DNA of 64,000 nucleotides from IMG/VR virus record IMGVR_UViG_3300009180_000022; one strand, written 5' to 3'. Of this stretch, positions 47,643 through 57,212 are shown piece after piece. The DNA is from a virus. A model generated the notes under the pieces. That model was given only the letters and a program-made list of their open reading frames with translations. It ran no database searches and had not been told where the DNA came from. The position numbers and the translations under genes are program-made. Each line of letters starts with the position of its first letter. The first letter of the stretch is position 1.

Positions 47643-47932
47643 TGAATATTTCAAAGATTAAAACTAACGTGCGTGTATCAAGCATTGTTGCAATCGACCT
47701 GTCTGCCGATGAGTGGGGGCTGGATACTAAGCACACGCCTCGTGCAGTTATTGACAAGGTTGCAACCTTTCTAAACAAAAGGTTCAATCGTGGGTATAAC
47801 ATTGGACTAACCGTATGTGAACTTGTGAGTTCCATGCATGAGCTAATGGATAGCTTTAAGATCTACGGTGCAAACCACCCTGAGCCTAACGAGGTGTTAA
47901 AGAACTTAATGTATAGCGTGTATAGAAAGTAA
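47642..47932 (+). CDS. Hypothetical protein
   Basis: AGGAG RBS, TAATG coupling. Confidence 0.6.
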   Translation: MNISKIKTNVRVSSIVAIDLSADEWGLDTKHTPRAVIDKVATFLNKRFNRGYNIGLTVCELVSSMHELMDSFKIYGANHPEPNEVLKNLMYSVYRK

Positions 47933-47935
47933 TCT

Positions 47936-49696
47936 TTATCCCCAGTAATTTCCAGCTGCGTAATGGCTATAATCATTTAATGACCCTGGGTAACTATTTT
48001 GGTTTACCGGATTCCGGGCGTAGGACCCATCTGTGGTGACATTATACAATGAACTTGTCTGCCCGCTTGAAGTAATATTTGTTCCATTTACTAAATCAGT
48101 CAATACATATGTGTAATAAGTTGACCAGGCTGGAAATGATTGTAAAACTTCCGTAAAATGAATCACTCCATCATAACCGGGTATGTATTCATATGCACTA
48201 CCTGCATCGTCCGTATTAGTTTGCCCTACTAATTCACGTAGACCGGCGTTAGTAGGTTGAGGTGTAAGAGAGTATAATTTATCTCTTTGAAATATAGTAC
48301 TATGACGGATCTGTGCTGTGGTAGCTCCTGTATGCGCGCACGGGAACGCGGTTATACTATTACCTTGCGAGTCAAAAGCGACTCTACCTCTCGATGGGTA
48401 AGCTGTATTGTCATCAAATAATGACATCCGCACATTGTTTGAGGCTCTATAGACATCTAAAGTTCGTAGACGCAACATGTTTCCATCTAAGTCAAATATT
48501 GCAAGAGTACCTCTGGATGACGCAGACGTACCATTAACATACAAAACTCCCTCGGCTGAATTAAAAGTAATACCCGTGAAATCATTAGATAGAGTTGTAC
48601 CTCCAACAGCCAAAGATTTCGCCCACATTACTTCAGCCGATTCACCGTTTATTTTTACAATAAGCGCTTGTTGGTATCCTGAAGTCACTGATCGGAATCC
48701 ACATGCGTATATGTTACCAGCAGAATCATATGTTACACTGTTAAACACGCCTTGACGCGTAGCACCGTCCGGCCAAGTAATAGATCTATACCAAATGCCA
48801 TTTCCATTTAAGTCCGAGACAATAACTAACGGGTTAGCATCTGTAGAGGGGTATTGAGAATACCCTACAGAAGCCATTCTAGTACCGGTATTATTAAATG
48901 CTGTTTGGTATAATTTTTGTGTTTTACTGTCTGAGATTCCGCCAAAACCTAAAAAAACATTAGTAGTTAAATTAGAGTTTAACTTCCACAACATACCTTC
49001 ATAACCTAGAGCACCATACCCCTGATACTGCGAGCCGGTTATATAAATCCCACCATCAGGACCTATTGCTATATGATCCGGCTGGTCTGGCTGTAAATTT
49101 GTAATCGTAAGTTCGCGGTGGTCTAATAAAATACCATCTGAAGATCTAATGACAAGTAGGTGCACCCAGGACCCAAAATGTTAATTAACCAATACATATA
49201 ATGTAGATTGATCACTGGATATAGCAATACTTTGACAGTAAGTACTATAAAGGTTTCCGGTCCCATATGTGCCTGGCGTTGCACCAGGCGTATAGTACTT
49301 ATTCCAAACTATATTTGTTCCTGCTGCAGTAGTATTTATTTTTTGTATCACAGCGACAGAGCTCGAACTGGAGCTGGTAATAGCTCTATTATTAATATGT
49401 CCTACTGCGTAAATAGAATTTTGTGAGTTATCAACAACAAAACCCGCAGTAGTTAGGCTATGGTTGGCCGGTGTGCCGTTCAGTCTTATGTGTCTAGGCA
49501 ATCCAGATCTTCCATACCCAGAACTCATTGATATTTGCGACCCGGCTGTAGTTGCACCGTTAACATAGCGAAAGTAGCTATTATTCATATTTCGCTCTAG
49601 ATAAGAGTTGTTAGTTGCATTTAAGGCTATTAATCTGTACAGCAGTTCTCTGTTATATTGCCCAATACTGATTGCACCTGATGCTGGTAATGCCAT
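47936..49696 (-). pseudogene. Adhesin/tail-fibre-tip-like beta-propeller gene interrupted by one in-frame TAA (49183-49181)
   Basis: MALPASGAIS N-terminus; DSAGNIYACG / DSQGN propeller-type repeats; track ORFs 49181..49696 and 47936..49165 are in one frame, 15 nt apart. Confidence 0.6.
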
Positions 49697-49720
49697 AAAA
49701 TTGTCCTTGTTGTTAACCTA

Positions 49721-49728
49721 TATTTATA
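49721..49728 (-). promoter_or_regulatory. Late promoter (minus strand) for the adhesin-like gene
   Basis: TATTTATA on +; AAGGA RBS downstream on -. Confidence 0.78.
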
Positions 49729-49734
49729 CGTCCA

Positions 49735-49764
49735 GTTGATTTCTTTTTAGTAACACAATACAAT
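49735..49764 (+). promoter_or_regulatory. Early promoter upstream of kinase
   Basis: TTGATT-N17-TACAAT. Confidence 0.65.
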
Positions 49765-49769
49765 ACCTT

Positions 49770-50249
49770 ATGCCTAACATTACTAAACCTATCCTTTACA
49801 TGCTCATCGGGGTACCTGGTTCTGGAAAGAGCACCTGGATATCCAATCAGTTATGGACTTGCGAATGTGCATATGTATCAACTGACACCTACGTAGAAGA
49901 GTATGCCCGTATTGAACTTAAGACATACAGTGAAGTATTTGAATACTTTATGCCTACTGCTGTTAAGTTAATGTTGAATGATGTAGTTAAGGCTAGTAAA
50001 GCTGGTAAGGACATTATCTGGGATCAGACTAGTACAACCACTGCATCTCGAACGAAAAAGTTTCATATGTTACCGGAATATTATACAATTGCGGTGGTGT
50101 TTAGAACACCGGCCAGGGATGAGTTAGATGTTAGACTTAGTGGGCGCCTTGGCAAGCATATTCCTAAAAACGTTATTGATTCAATGATTGATAAATGGGA
50201 AGAGCCAACCCTGGAAGAAGGTTTTGATGAAATTTGGTATGCTGCTTAA
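49770..50249 (+). CDS. Polynucleotide kinase-like P-loop protein (AAA_33)
   Basis: LIGVPGSGKSTW, STD, WDQT, R..R lid. Confidence 0.8.
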   Translation: MPNITKPILYMLIGVPGSGKSTWISNQLWTCECAYVSTDTYVEEYARIELKTYSEVFEYFMPTAVKLMLNDVVKASKAGKDIIWDQTSTTTASRTKKFHMLPEYYTIAVVFRTPARDELDVRLSGRLGKHIPKNVIDSMIDKWEEPTLEEGFDEIWYAA

Positions 50250-50266
50250 ATTATAGGAGATTTATT

Positions 50267-50635
50267 ATGCGTGAAAAACGTGAACGTATTATTAAGCCAT
50301 TTACCAACAAGTTTGGTCAAGTGATTGAACCAGGCATGTCTGTGTTTGTTGTTACCACTTGTACACACCAGACACATATTACTAAAGGTGAGTATGTTGG
50401 TTATATCGAGCGAGATGTGTATGGTAAGATGGAACCATTTGTGCAGGTGCTAGTTGAGTATGATAAAGCATATTATGTGTACAAAGACATACAGGAGCGT
50501 GTTAACTGGAAGACATTTAGCTCGAATCGTGATTGTGAATGGAGATCAGAGAAAGCTCATCGCATCACAACACTAAATTACAATCGCATCCTCCGTGCTG
50601 ACTCTTCAGCAGAAGATCTTGTAGCAGTTGTATGA
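50267..50635 (+). CDS. Hypothetical protein
   Basis: AGGAG RBS. Confidence 0.65.
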   Translation: MREKRERIIKPFTNKFGQVIEPGMSVFVVTTCTHQTHITKGEYVGYIERDVYGKMEPFVQVLVEYDKAYYVYKDIQERVNWKTFSSNRDCEWRSEKAHRITTLNYNRILRADSSAEDLVAVV

Positions 50636-51006
50636 GCCAGGTAGTCAATGCCATAATGGCAACAAAAGAGGATCGTCGCCGTCTAAAGCAAACAAAGCTG
50701 TTTCAGGATGTGTTCTCTGTTCGTGAGGATATTCAAACAGTATCTGCTGGTACAGAGATACAATATAGGATTGGCGTCACACTTGGCTCACAGTGCTGGG
50801 TTAGTGAGATGGAAAAACTCAAGAGTGATGATGCTCTTATCCATGCCATTGAACGTACTAAGCGTCAAGTAATTGAGGCTATCTTTGGTGAGTTCCGTGC
50901 TGACTTCCGAAACATTGAACGTGCTCTGTATGATAGCGATATCGAAACAGCTCGTGTGATGTTTCATGCTTTGGAAGATAGAATGTTTACGGTGACTCTT
51001 GACTGA
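50632..51006 (+). CDS. Hypothetical protein
   Basis: ATGA coupling; IEAIFGEFR. Confidence 0.65.
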   Translation: MSQVVNAIMATKEDRRRLKQTKLFQDVFSVREDIQTVSAGTEIQYRIGVTLGSQCWVSEMEKLKSDDALIHAIERTKRQVIEAIFGEFRADFRNIERALYDSDIETARVMFHALEDRMFTVTLD

Positions 51007-51244
51007 TTGGTTGTTTGTATTTGCATCTGTGTTTATGCTAGATGTTCTATATACGTATTATCTTAAAGCAGTACAAGACAGTAAGCCACTGACTGCAAGT
51101 GGTCTAGCGTCAATCGTTTACGTGTTGGCCTGTGTTGTCGTTATTAACTATACAACGGATAATTGGTTACTGATACCAGCAGCACTTGGTGCATTTTGTG
51201 GTACATACGTAGGTATAAGGATTAAAAAGAATGGTCAAACGTGA
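50999..51244 (+). CDS. Small membrane protein
   Basis: Three hydrophobic helices; LGAFCGTY. Confidence 0.65.
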   Translation: MTDWLFVFASVFMLDVLYTYYLKAVQDSKPLTASGLASIVYVLACVVVINYTTDNWLLIPAALGAFCGTYVGIRIKKNGQT

Positions 51245-51416
51245 TATTGATACAGAAGAACAATGTAACCTATTCAATGAATGGACAAAGCTGACTGCTG
51301 ACTTCTATGATAGGCAAAGACATCACAGTGGTGCTGTTGGTTATGATGAAATAGAATGGGAAGCATTCCAAGAAGGCTGGAACGCTGCCAAGAAGCACTT
51401 TGGAGTAGAGGGATGA
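51231..51416 (+). CDS. Hypothetical protein ending in HFGVE
   Basis: AAGGA RBS; C-terminus shared with the mini-protein family. Confidence 0.55.
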   Translation: MVKRDIDTEEQCNLFNEWTKLTADFYDRQRHHSGAVGYDEIEWEAFQEGWNAAKKHFGVEG

Positions 51417-51640
51417 ATGAACAAGACATCGTTGAGCGATTGCGGATTCGTGCAGAGATTCGTAGACAGATCCCAGGCCGTAAGAGTGTACAGGAAGGCA
51501 AGTCTGATCGGATTGCTGACCTACTTGAGGAAGCTGCACACGAGATAGAAAGGCTCCAGAAAAAGATAGATACAATGACTCTATCACAAAAGGAGAATCC
51601 GGATGACCAATCCGACATATCGATCAATATTCGTAAGTGA
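51413..51640 (+). CDS. Conserved phage hypothetical protein
   Basis: RLRIRAEIRRQIPGRKSVQEG..DRIADLLEEAA. Confidence 0.7.
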   Translation: MNEQDIVERLRIRAEIRRQIPGRKSVQEGKSDRIADLLEEAAHEIERLQKKIDTMTLSQKENPDDQSDISINIRK

Positions 51641-52379
51641 TGTTCACCTCGGAACAAAAGATAGTCAAGCAGACAAACTAAACAACTTCCTCAAGCACAA
51701 TACATGTGAGACTCTTTACCTCGTTGGAGATATCATAGATGCATGGAGAATACAGCAGAACAGATGGCGCTGGAAGCAGAGTCATACTAATGTTGTTCGA
51801 CGTGTTCTAGGCCACGCAAAACGTGGAACAAGAGTAGTTTATGTAGCAGGCAACCACGATGAGTTCCTACGCCCAATGATTCCATATGGGTTTACATTTG
51901 GTCTAGTGGAAATACATAACCAAATAGAACACATTGGTGCTGATGGAAAGCATTACCTCGTTGTGCATGGTGATATGTTTGACGGTATTACCAGACTCGC
52001 ACCATGGCTGGGATTCCTTGGTGATCGTGCATATGATTTAATACTTACCCTTAATAGCAAGTTCAACTGGGTACGTCATAAGTTTGGATTTGGATACTGG
52101 AGTCTTAGTCAGTATCTAAAGGGTAGAGTGAAGAAGGCTGTTGACTTTATGTTTCAGTTTGAGAAGAACCTTGCTGGCTATTGTAAAAAAAGAGGGTTCG
52201 ATGGTGTGATCTGTGGTCATATTCATAGAGCAGAGATAAAGAACATCGATGGTACTGTCTATATGAATGATGGTGACTGGGTTGAATCATGTACAGCGCT
52301 AGTTGAACATCACGATGGAAGATGGGAAATTATAACTTGGATAAAGGAGAACGATAATGAAAGTTCAGAAAATAATTAA
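51603..52379 (+). CDS. PlcP/LpxH2-like metallophosphoesterase (phospholipase C)
   Basis: SDVHLG, LVGDIID.W, GNHDEFLR, HGD.FD, GD.AYD, YWSLS, CGHIH, GDWVESCTA. Confidence 0.8.
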   Translation: MTNPTYRSIFVSDVHLGTKDSQADKLNNFLKHNTCETLYLVGDIIDAWRIQQNRWRWKQSHTNVVRRVLGHAKRGTRVVYVAGNHDEFLRPMIPYGFTFGLVEIHNQIEHIGADGKHYLVVHGDMFDGITRLAPWLGFLGDRAYDLILTLNSKFNWVRHKFGFGYWSLSQYLKGRVKKAVDFMFQFEKNLAGYCKKRGFDGVICGHIHRAEIKNIDGTVYMNDGDWVESCTALVEHHDGRWEIITWIKENDNESSENN

Positions 52380-52488
52380 GAAAATGCACCAAGCAATTTT
52401 TGAGCACAATACCAAGAAAGAAAAGAAGTTGTGGCTCAAGGCATTGAAGAAGTCGTTAGAGCACAAGAACACATATGCTATTAAGTGA
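52357..52488 (+). CDS. 43 aa basic peptide (absent from ORF track)
   Basis: AAGGAG RBS; MKVQKIIKKMHQAIFEHNTKKEKKLWLKALKKS. Confidence 0.55.
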   Translation: MKVQKIIKKMHQAIFEHNTKKEKKLWLKALKKSLEHKNTYAIK

Positions 52489-53185
52489 TAAGATAACTAT
52501 TGTTGTTCCTTGTAAGAATCAGGAGAATTATATTTCTCATTTGCTTGAGAGTCTAAAGAAACAATATATTGGTAACACAAGAGTAATCATTGCTGATTGT
52601 TCGACAGACAACACAAGAGCAGTTATTGAAGCAAATAAGGGCACACTGAATGTAGAGATTATAGACGGAGGTCCTGTTTCTGTTGCAAAGAACAATGGAG
52701 CCAGACTCGTAACAACACCATACATTCTGTTTATTGATAGTGATGTCAGGTTTTTTCATTCAACAACAATATGGGAGTCTGTTACTCAATTAGAGACAAA
52801 CGACCTCGATCTTGTTGGCTTGTATATTAAATGCTATGATAATAATAGGACAACACAGATAGGGTTTATGCTGTTTAACTTTATAAACAATATTATGAAG
52901 CGCAAGGTACCGTTTGCTGTTGGTGCATTTATGCTTACTCGTCGTGATATGTTTGAGCGGTTTGGTGGTTTCTCAGAAAAGTATGGAACGAGCGAGGACT
53001 TTTTTCTATCAAAGAAGTATGATCCAAAGAGGTTCAAGCTAGTCAATGACTACTTTGGACAGGACAGTAGAAGGTTTCAAACGATGGGATACTTTGGCAT
53101 GGCATGGTATCTGATTAAGAACTTTTGGAATAGAGACAATGATAATTATTGGAACAATACAGACTATTCGAAGTATTGGAAGTAA
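52475..53185 (+). CDS. GT2-family glycosyltransferase
   Basis: IVVPCKN, IIADCSTD, NNGA, LFIDSD, GGF, SEDF. Confidence 0.88.
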   Translation: MLLSDKITIVVPCKNQENYISHLLESLKKQYIGNTRVIIADCSTDNTRAVIEANKGTLNVEIIDGGPVSVAKNNGARLVTTPYILFIDSDVRFFHSTTIWESVTQLETNDLDLVGLYIKCYDNNRTTQIGFMLFNFINNIMKRKVPFAVGAFMLTRRDMFERFGGFSEKYGTSEDFFLSKKYDPKRFKLVNDYFGQDSRRFQTMGYFGMAWYLIKNFWNRDNDNYWNNTDYSKYWK

Positions 53186-53187
53186 GC

Positions 53188-53832
53188 ATGAAGACAATAG
53201 GAATATTCCTCAATCATCCTGAGTGCTCACAAGACTGTGTTAATGGTATGACACAGGCACTTAGTGGTGAGTATCACATTACTACGTTCGGTCAAAACGA
53301 TGTTAATACTGTTACATTAAGTAAACTAGGCCTAGTTGCTTTTCCTGGAGGAATAGGAGATGCTAGTTCATACGATAAATTTTTTAGACGGAGGGCACAA
53401 AATGCAATTGCAGACTATGTGGTACATGGTGGTAGATATCTTGGTATCTGTATGGGCGCATACTGGGCTGGTTCTCATTACTTTGACATCCTTGACGGTG
53501 TGGATGCCGTTCAATATATTAAGAGACCTCAAGCGGAAGTTCGACGATCCTATGGAACAGTGGTAGACGTTAATTGGAATGACAAGCATGAGGATATGTA
53601 TTTCTATGATGGTTGTGCATTAATTGGTGATGAGAGTAAATTTAAAACAATTGCTCGTTATAAAAATGGCGATCCAATGGCAATCATTCAGAATAGAATT
53701 GGACTGATAGGATGTCATCCGGAGAGTCAAGAATTTTGGTATGAAACACCATGGCAGTACATTAATAAGTATTGGCACAAGGGTAACCACCACGGTCTAT
53801 TGCTAGATTTTGTTAATGAGTTAATGGGCTGA
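53188..53832 (+). CDS. Class I glutamine amidotransferase-like (BPL_N-type) protein
   Basis: FPGG, YLGICMGAY nucleophile elbow, HPE. Confidence 0.75.
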   Translation: MKTIGIFLNHPECSQDCVNGMTQALSGEYHITTFGQNDVNTVTLSKLGLVAFPGGIGDASSYDKFFRRRAQNAIADYVVHGGRYLGICMGAYWAGSHYFDILDGVDAVQYIKRPQAEVRRSYGTVVDVNWNDKHEDMYFYDGCALIGDESKFKTIARYKNGDPMAIIQNRIGLIGCHPESQEFWYETPWQYINKYWHKGNHHGLLLDFVNELMG

Positions 53833-53836
53833 AACA

Positions 53837-53866
53837 GTTGATTTAATTACTTGAAGTTCATATAAT
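53837..53866 (+). promoter_or_regulatory. Early promoter (cassette-type)
   Basis: GTTGATTTAATTAC...TATAAT. Confidence 0.8.
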
Positions 53867-53872
53867 TAATGT

Positions 53873-54229
53873 ATGATTCAATATTCTACCGGCCAGCAAG
53901 TCGAAGTGCAGTTCAATGTCAGGTCTAACTATTTGTTTAGAGAATCTGATTATGAAACGCATACTATCAAAGGTACTATAACAAGAACTCCTTCTTGGGT
54001 TGAGTATCCTGCAATTGCTGTTCTTACAGATTTACCTGATTTTCCTCTATCTATTATACCCTTAGGTAGTATAGTAGGAAATGTTGCTACTGATCAGGCA
54101 GATTATGATGTACGTGCGTATACTGAAGGTGGGTACATTGTTACTATTATCAATAAGCAGCTAAATTGTACTTGTACTGGATTCCAGTTTCGTAAATTTT
54201 GTAAACATTCAAGCAAGCATAAACAATGA
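53873..54229 (+). CDS. Hypothetical protein with SWIM zinc finger
   Basis: CTCTGFQFRKFCKH. Confidence 0.75.
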   Translation: MIQYSTGQQVEVQFNVRSNYLFRESDYETHTIKGTITRTPSWVEYPAIAVLTDLPDFPLSIIPLGSIVGNVATDQADYDVRAYTEGGYIVTIINKQLNCTCTGFQFRKFCKHSSKHKQ

Positions 54230-54654
54230 AAAATGATAATGATACATTAACCGTCAAATTAGAGATGGTACGCAACAACAAAGAATTCCTTGCAATAACT
54301 AGATTGCTTGCATCGTATTTTGTTTCAAATCCATATATGACAATTAAAGAGTTTTTAGTTGGACTTTCGGATTATGATCTTAAAACGATGCTAACTATTC
54401 TAGATGAAAGCACTGGTGGAGATACTGATGGCCATCCAAGGCTATGTGAAATGATTATTATTACAGAACTACTTGCTAAAGGTGAAGGTTTAGATCCTGG
54501 TAATTCTAAGATAGTAACTAATAGGTTGAATTCATTTACAACCATGCTTGCTATGGAGTCACTTTATAGAAAAGGGCTTATTAAAATATACCGCGAAAAT
54601 TTTACTCTAGGTGATGATATGGACGATAAAATTATGTGTGAGAGGATTAAATGA
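54226..54654 (+). CDS. Hypothetical protein
   Basis: ATGA coupling. Confidence 0.65.
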   Translation: MKNDNDTLTVKLEMVRNNKEFLAITRLLASYFVSNPYMTIKEFLVGLSDYDLKTMLTILDESTGGDTDGHPRLCEMIIITELLAKGEGLDPGNSKIVTNRLNSFTTMLAMESLYRKGLIKIYRENFTLGDDMDDKIMCERIK

Positions 54655-55148
54655 AAAAAATATTTGTGGACATGGATGGCGTATTGACTAATTTTGAGCG
54701 CCGTTACTTTGAACTGTTTCAAGCATCACCGAAAGATGTTGTAAAGCAAAAGCAGAAAGGGCTCTACACCAAAAACTGGAACGCGTTTGTAGAAGGAAAC
54801 CATTTTGCAACCCTTGATAAGTTTCCTGGTTGTGATGAACTTATTTCTTTTTTAGAATCTATTCCTAATGTTCAGTTGTGTGTTCTTTCCTCTGCTGGTG
54901 GTTTTGATCGTCACGTTGACGTCCAGGCCCAGAAACTAAAATGGCTCACTGCTAACGGTATTAAGTGGCCTGCCATTATTGTTCCTGGTCGCCGCTACAA
55001 ATCAGGTTTTGCTACGGGTGATTCTTTTATGATTGACGATACACCTGACGTTATTAAAGGGTTTTGCGAGAACACCGGGCATGGAATTGTACACGTTCAA
55101 CACGAACATACTATTCAAGTACTAACAAAGTGGTTGATTCCGGTATGA
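54651..55148 (+). CDS. HAD-family 5'(3')-deoxyribonucleotidase-like protein
   Basis: FVDMDGVL, LSS, K..WL, MIDD. Confidence 0.82.
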   Translation: MKKIFVDMDGVLTNFERRYFELFQASPKDVVKQKQKGLYTKNWNAFVEGNHFATLDKFPGCDELISFLESIPNVQLCVLSSAGGFDRHVDVQAQKLKWLTANGIKWPAIIVPGRRYKSGFATGDSFMIDDTPDVIKGFCENTGHGIVHVQHEHTIQVLTKWLIPV

Positions 55149-55384
55149 GTCCATTTGCAGAAGAATTAGTCGAAAGCTCAGGATTCGTAAAGGACCCTGA
55201 GCTTGGATTTAAATGTTCAAATGATAACATTGAACGCTTGCTTTACTACGTTGTAAATCAAATGGCGTCAGCTGGGTTTAAAGTATCAGGTAATAAAGTA
55301 CTATACGATAACCAGGTTGAATACGGCATGAGTCTATTCGGAGTGGAAAATGTTGACTGGGAATCGGAACCAAAAAAGAGTTGA
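55145..55384 (+). CDS. Hypothetical protein (LFGVE near C-terminus)
   Basis: ATGA coupling; stop TGA lies in promoter 55380. Confidence 0.6.
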   Translation: MSPFAEELVESSGFVKDPELGFKCSNDNIERLLYYVVNQMASAGFKVSGNKVLYDNQVEYGMSLFGVENVDWESEPKKS

Positions 55385-55409
55385 TTTAATTTCATAGATA
55401 TCCTATAAT
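55380..55409 (+). promoter_or_regulatory. Early promoter (cassette-type)
   Basis: GTTGATTTAATTT...TATAAT. Confidence 0.8.
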
Positions 55410-55431
55410 AACTATGTTATAGGAAGAAGAT

Positions 55432-55575
55432 ATGAAACATAAAGCAAACTGTGTGCATAAAGACTTGCGATCTCCAAAGTATCGCATGCGCGTTGTGTCG
55501 ATCAAAACTGCATATAAACGTAAACCGAAAAACTCTAAGGATAATTATTATGATGACCGTAAGTCATACGCATGA
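55432..55575 (+). CDS. 47 aa basic ArfA-like peptide (absent from ORF track)
   Basis: AGGA RBS; DLRSPKYRMRVV..KTAYKRKPK. Confidence 0.55.
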   Translation: MKHKANCVHKDLRSPKYRMRVVSIKTAYKRKPKNSKDNYYDDRKSYA

Positions 55576-55843
55576 TGGATTCATTTATAATCTTAAAGAT
55601 GAGGTCTTAGGTATTGGTACCTATACTGGGACGGAGTTTGTATTACTAGAAAGTGATAATACTACCTCTACCCATTATAATGGTATGATGGCAATGAGTT
55701 ATCTCAGGAATAAATATACTCCTGAGTACTATACTATGCCGTTAAAGAAGAGTAATATAGTTATTCCTCGTGAGACGAATAAGTTGAGTAAATATAAAGC
55801 GCACCCTGCCCTTGAAGGTGTGCATCCCCTTGCAATGGAGTAA
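55550..55843 (+). CDS. Hypothetical protein
   Basis: AAGGA RBS. Confidence 0.6.
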   Translation: MMTVSHTHDGFIYNLKDEVLGIGTYTGTEFVLLESDNTTSTHYNGMMAMSYLRNKYTPEYYTMPLKKSNIVIPRETNKLSKYKAHPALEGVHPLAME

Positions 55844-55846
55844 ATT

Positions 55847-56731
55847 ATGAAAATAGCGTTAATGTCCGATGTTCACCTTGAGTTCGGTGACCTTCCAATA
55901 GAACCAGTAGAGGCAGATGTTCTAATTCTTGCCGGTGATATCTTTGTAGTTAAAGATCTACAAATGGATAATCACCGTAGGGATCGAATCATAAACTTTA
56001 TGTCTAATGCTTGTAGCATGTTTAAACATGTAGTTTTGATTTGCGGTAATCACGAGCATTACCATGGAGACTTTGCAACATCATACACTGAAATACGGGA
56101 TGTGTTTAGAGAGCATACTAACCTGCATATTCTTGATAATGATGTAGTAGATATCGATGGCTACATGTTCGTTGGTGGTACTCTTTGGACTGATATGAAC
56201 AAAGAAGATCCAAGTACTATATACGGTATTAAAGGATACATGAATGACTACCGTATCATTGAGAATAGCAACGAAGTAGTTAACTTTAAGACGCCAGTTT
56301 ACGGTACAAAAGAAGGCGGCGGTACTGATTACGATAATATTGTAAGTCATGAATCTCACACTCGCCCGGCTAAGTTTTCACCTGAAGCCTCAGTAGTTGC
56401 TCATAAGAAAATGCTTGAGGTAATTAAGGGCGTAACCGATAATGGATCTACAAGCAAGGTTATTGTAGTTGGGCATCACTCACCGAGTAAGCTTTCTACA
56501 AAGCCTCAGTATGAAGATGATACTATGGTGAACGGTGCTTATAGTTCTGATCTATCAGAGTTTATTTTAGATCGCCCACAGATTAAACTATGGGTGCATG
56601 GTCATACTCATCATGAGTTTGACTACTTGATTGGTAGTACTCGTATTGTTTGTAACCCTCGCGGGTATGTTGATTACGAGCGTGGTAATCATAAGAATGA
56701 GCCATATTTTGCAAAATTAATTGAGGTATAA
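55847..56731 (+). CDS. Calcineurin-like metallophosphoesterase
   Basis: SDVHLE, LAGD, GNHEHY, HHSP, HGHTH, NPRGY. Confidence 0.88.
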   Translation: MKIALMSDVHLEFGDLPIEPVEADVLILAGDIFVVKDLQMDNHRRDRIINFMSNACSMFKHVVLICGNHEHYHGDFATSYTEIRDVFREHTNLHILDNDVVDIDGYMFVGGTLWTDMNKEDPSTIYGIKGYMNDYRIIENSNEVVNFKTPVYGTKEGGGTDYDNIVSHESHTRPAKFSPEASVVAHKKMLEVIKGVTDNGSTSKVIVVGHHSPSKLSTKPQYEDDTMVNGAYSSDLSEFILDRPQIKLWVHGHTHHEFDYLIGSTRIVCNPRGYVDYERGNHKNEPYFAKLIEV

Positions 56732-56732
56732 T

Positions 56733-57212
56733 ATGATTAATAAAACCTGGACGGTTGCTGTAGAGGTTGATGAAATAACAGGTGATTATGTTCTTCCACT
56801 ACCACCAGAAGTGCTTGAACTTCAAGGATGGAAGGAAGATGATGTTCTTAACTGGAAGGATAATATGGACGGTTCATTTACGCTGACAAAATCAGCTGAT
56901 ACAGAGCTTGTAATGGTCGAAGCAATTCAATCGTATCGAATGAGGTATCTGGTTGAAGTTCCAAAGGGTAAATCTGAATGGGCCGCTGATACCGTTACTA
57001 TGATGGAAGCAAAGGAGTTCTCTCAACTTAGCCTGGGAGAACAAATTACTTCACATAGGGTAATTACAGAAGACGAAGCTATTGAGATTTGCGATGCTGA
57101 TAATGACTATCTTAAATCCTGGACGCGTGAACAAAAACTCGCCGCTTTTGTAACAACTTGGGAAGAACAGAATGACCCTAAGACAACAGTGGACTCTTAC
57201 TCGGGAACGTAA
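56733..57212 (+). CDS. Hypothetical protein with AbrB/MazE-like N-terminal domain
   Basis: LPLPPEVLELQGWKEDDVL. Confidence 0.6.
   Translation: MINKTWTVAVEVDEITGDYVLPLPPEVLELQGWKEDDVLNWKDNMDGSFTLTKSADTELVMVEAIQSYRMRYLVEVPKGKSEWAADTVTMMEAKEFSQLSLGEQITSHRVITEDEAIEICDADNDYLKSWTREQKLAAFVTTWEEQNDPKTTVDSYSGT

Noticed and set aside
49181-49183. Genome-wide stop codon reassignment
   Set aside because: TAA ends most core genes at expected lengths and only this gene is interrupted
47936-49696. Diversity-generating retroelement target
   Set aside because: No template/variable repeat pair or reverse transcriptase seen
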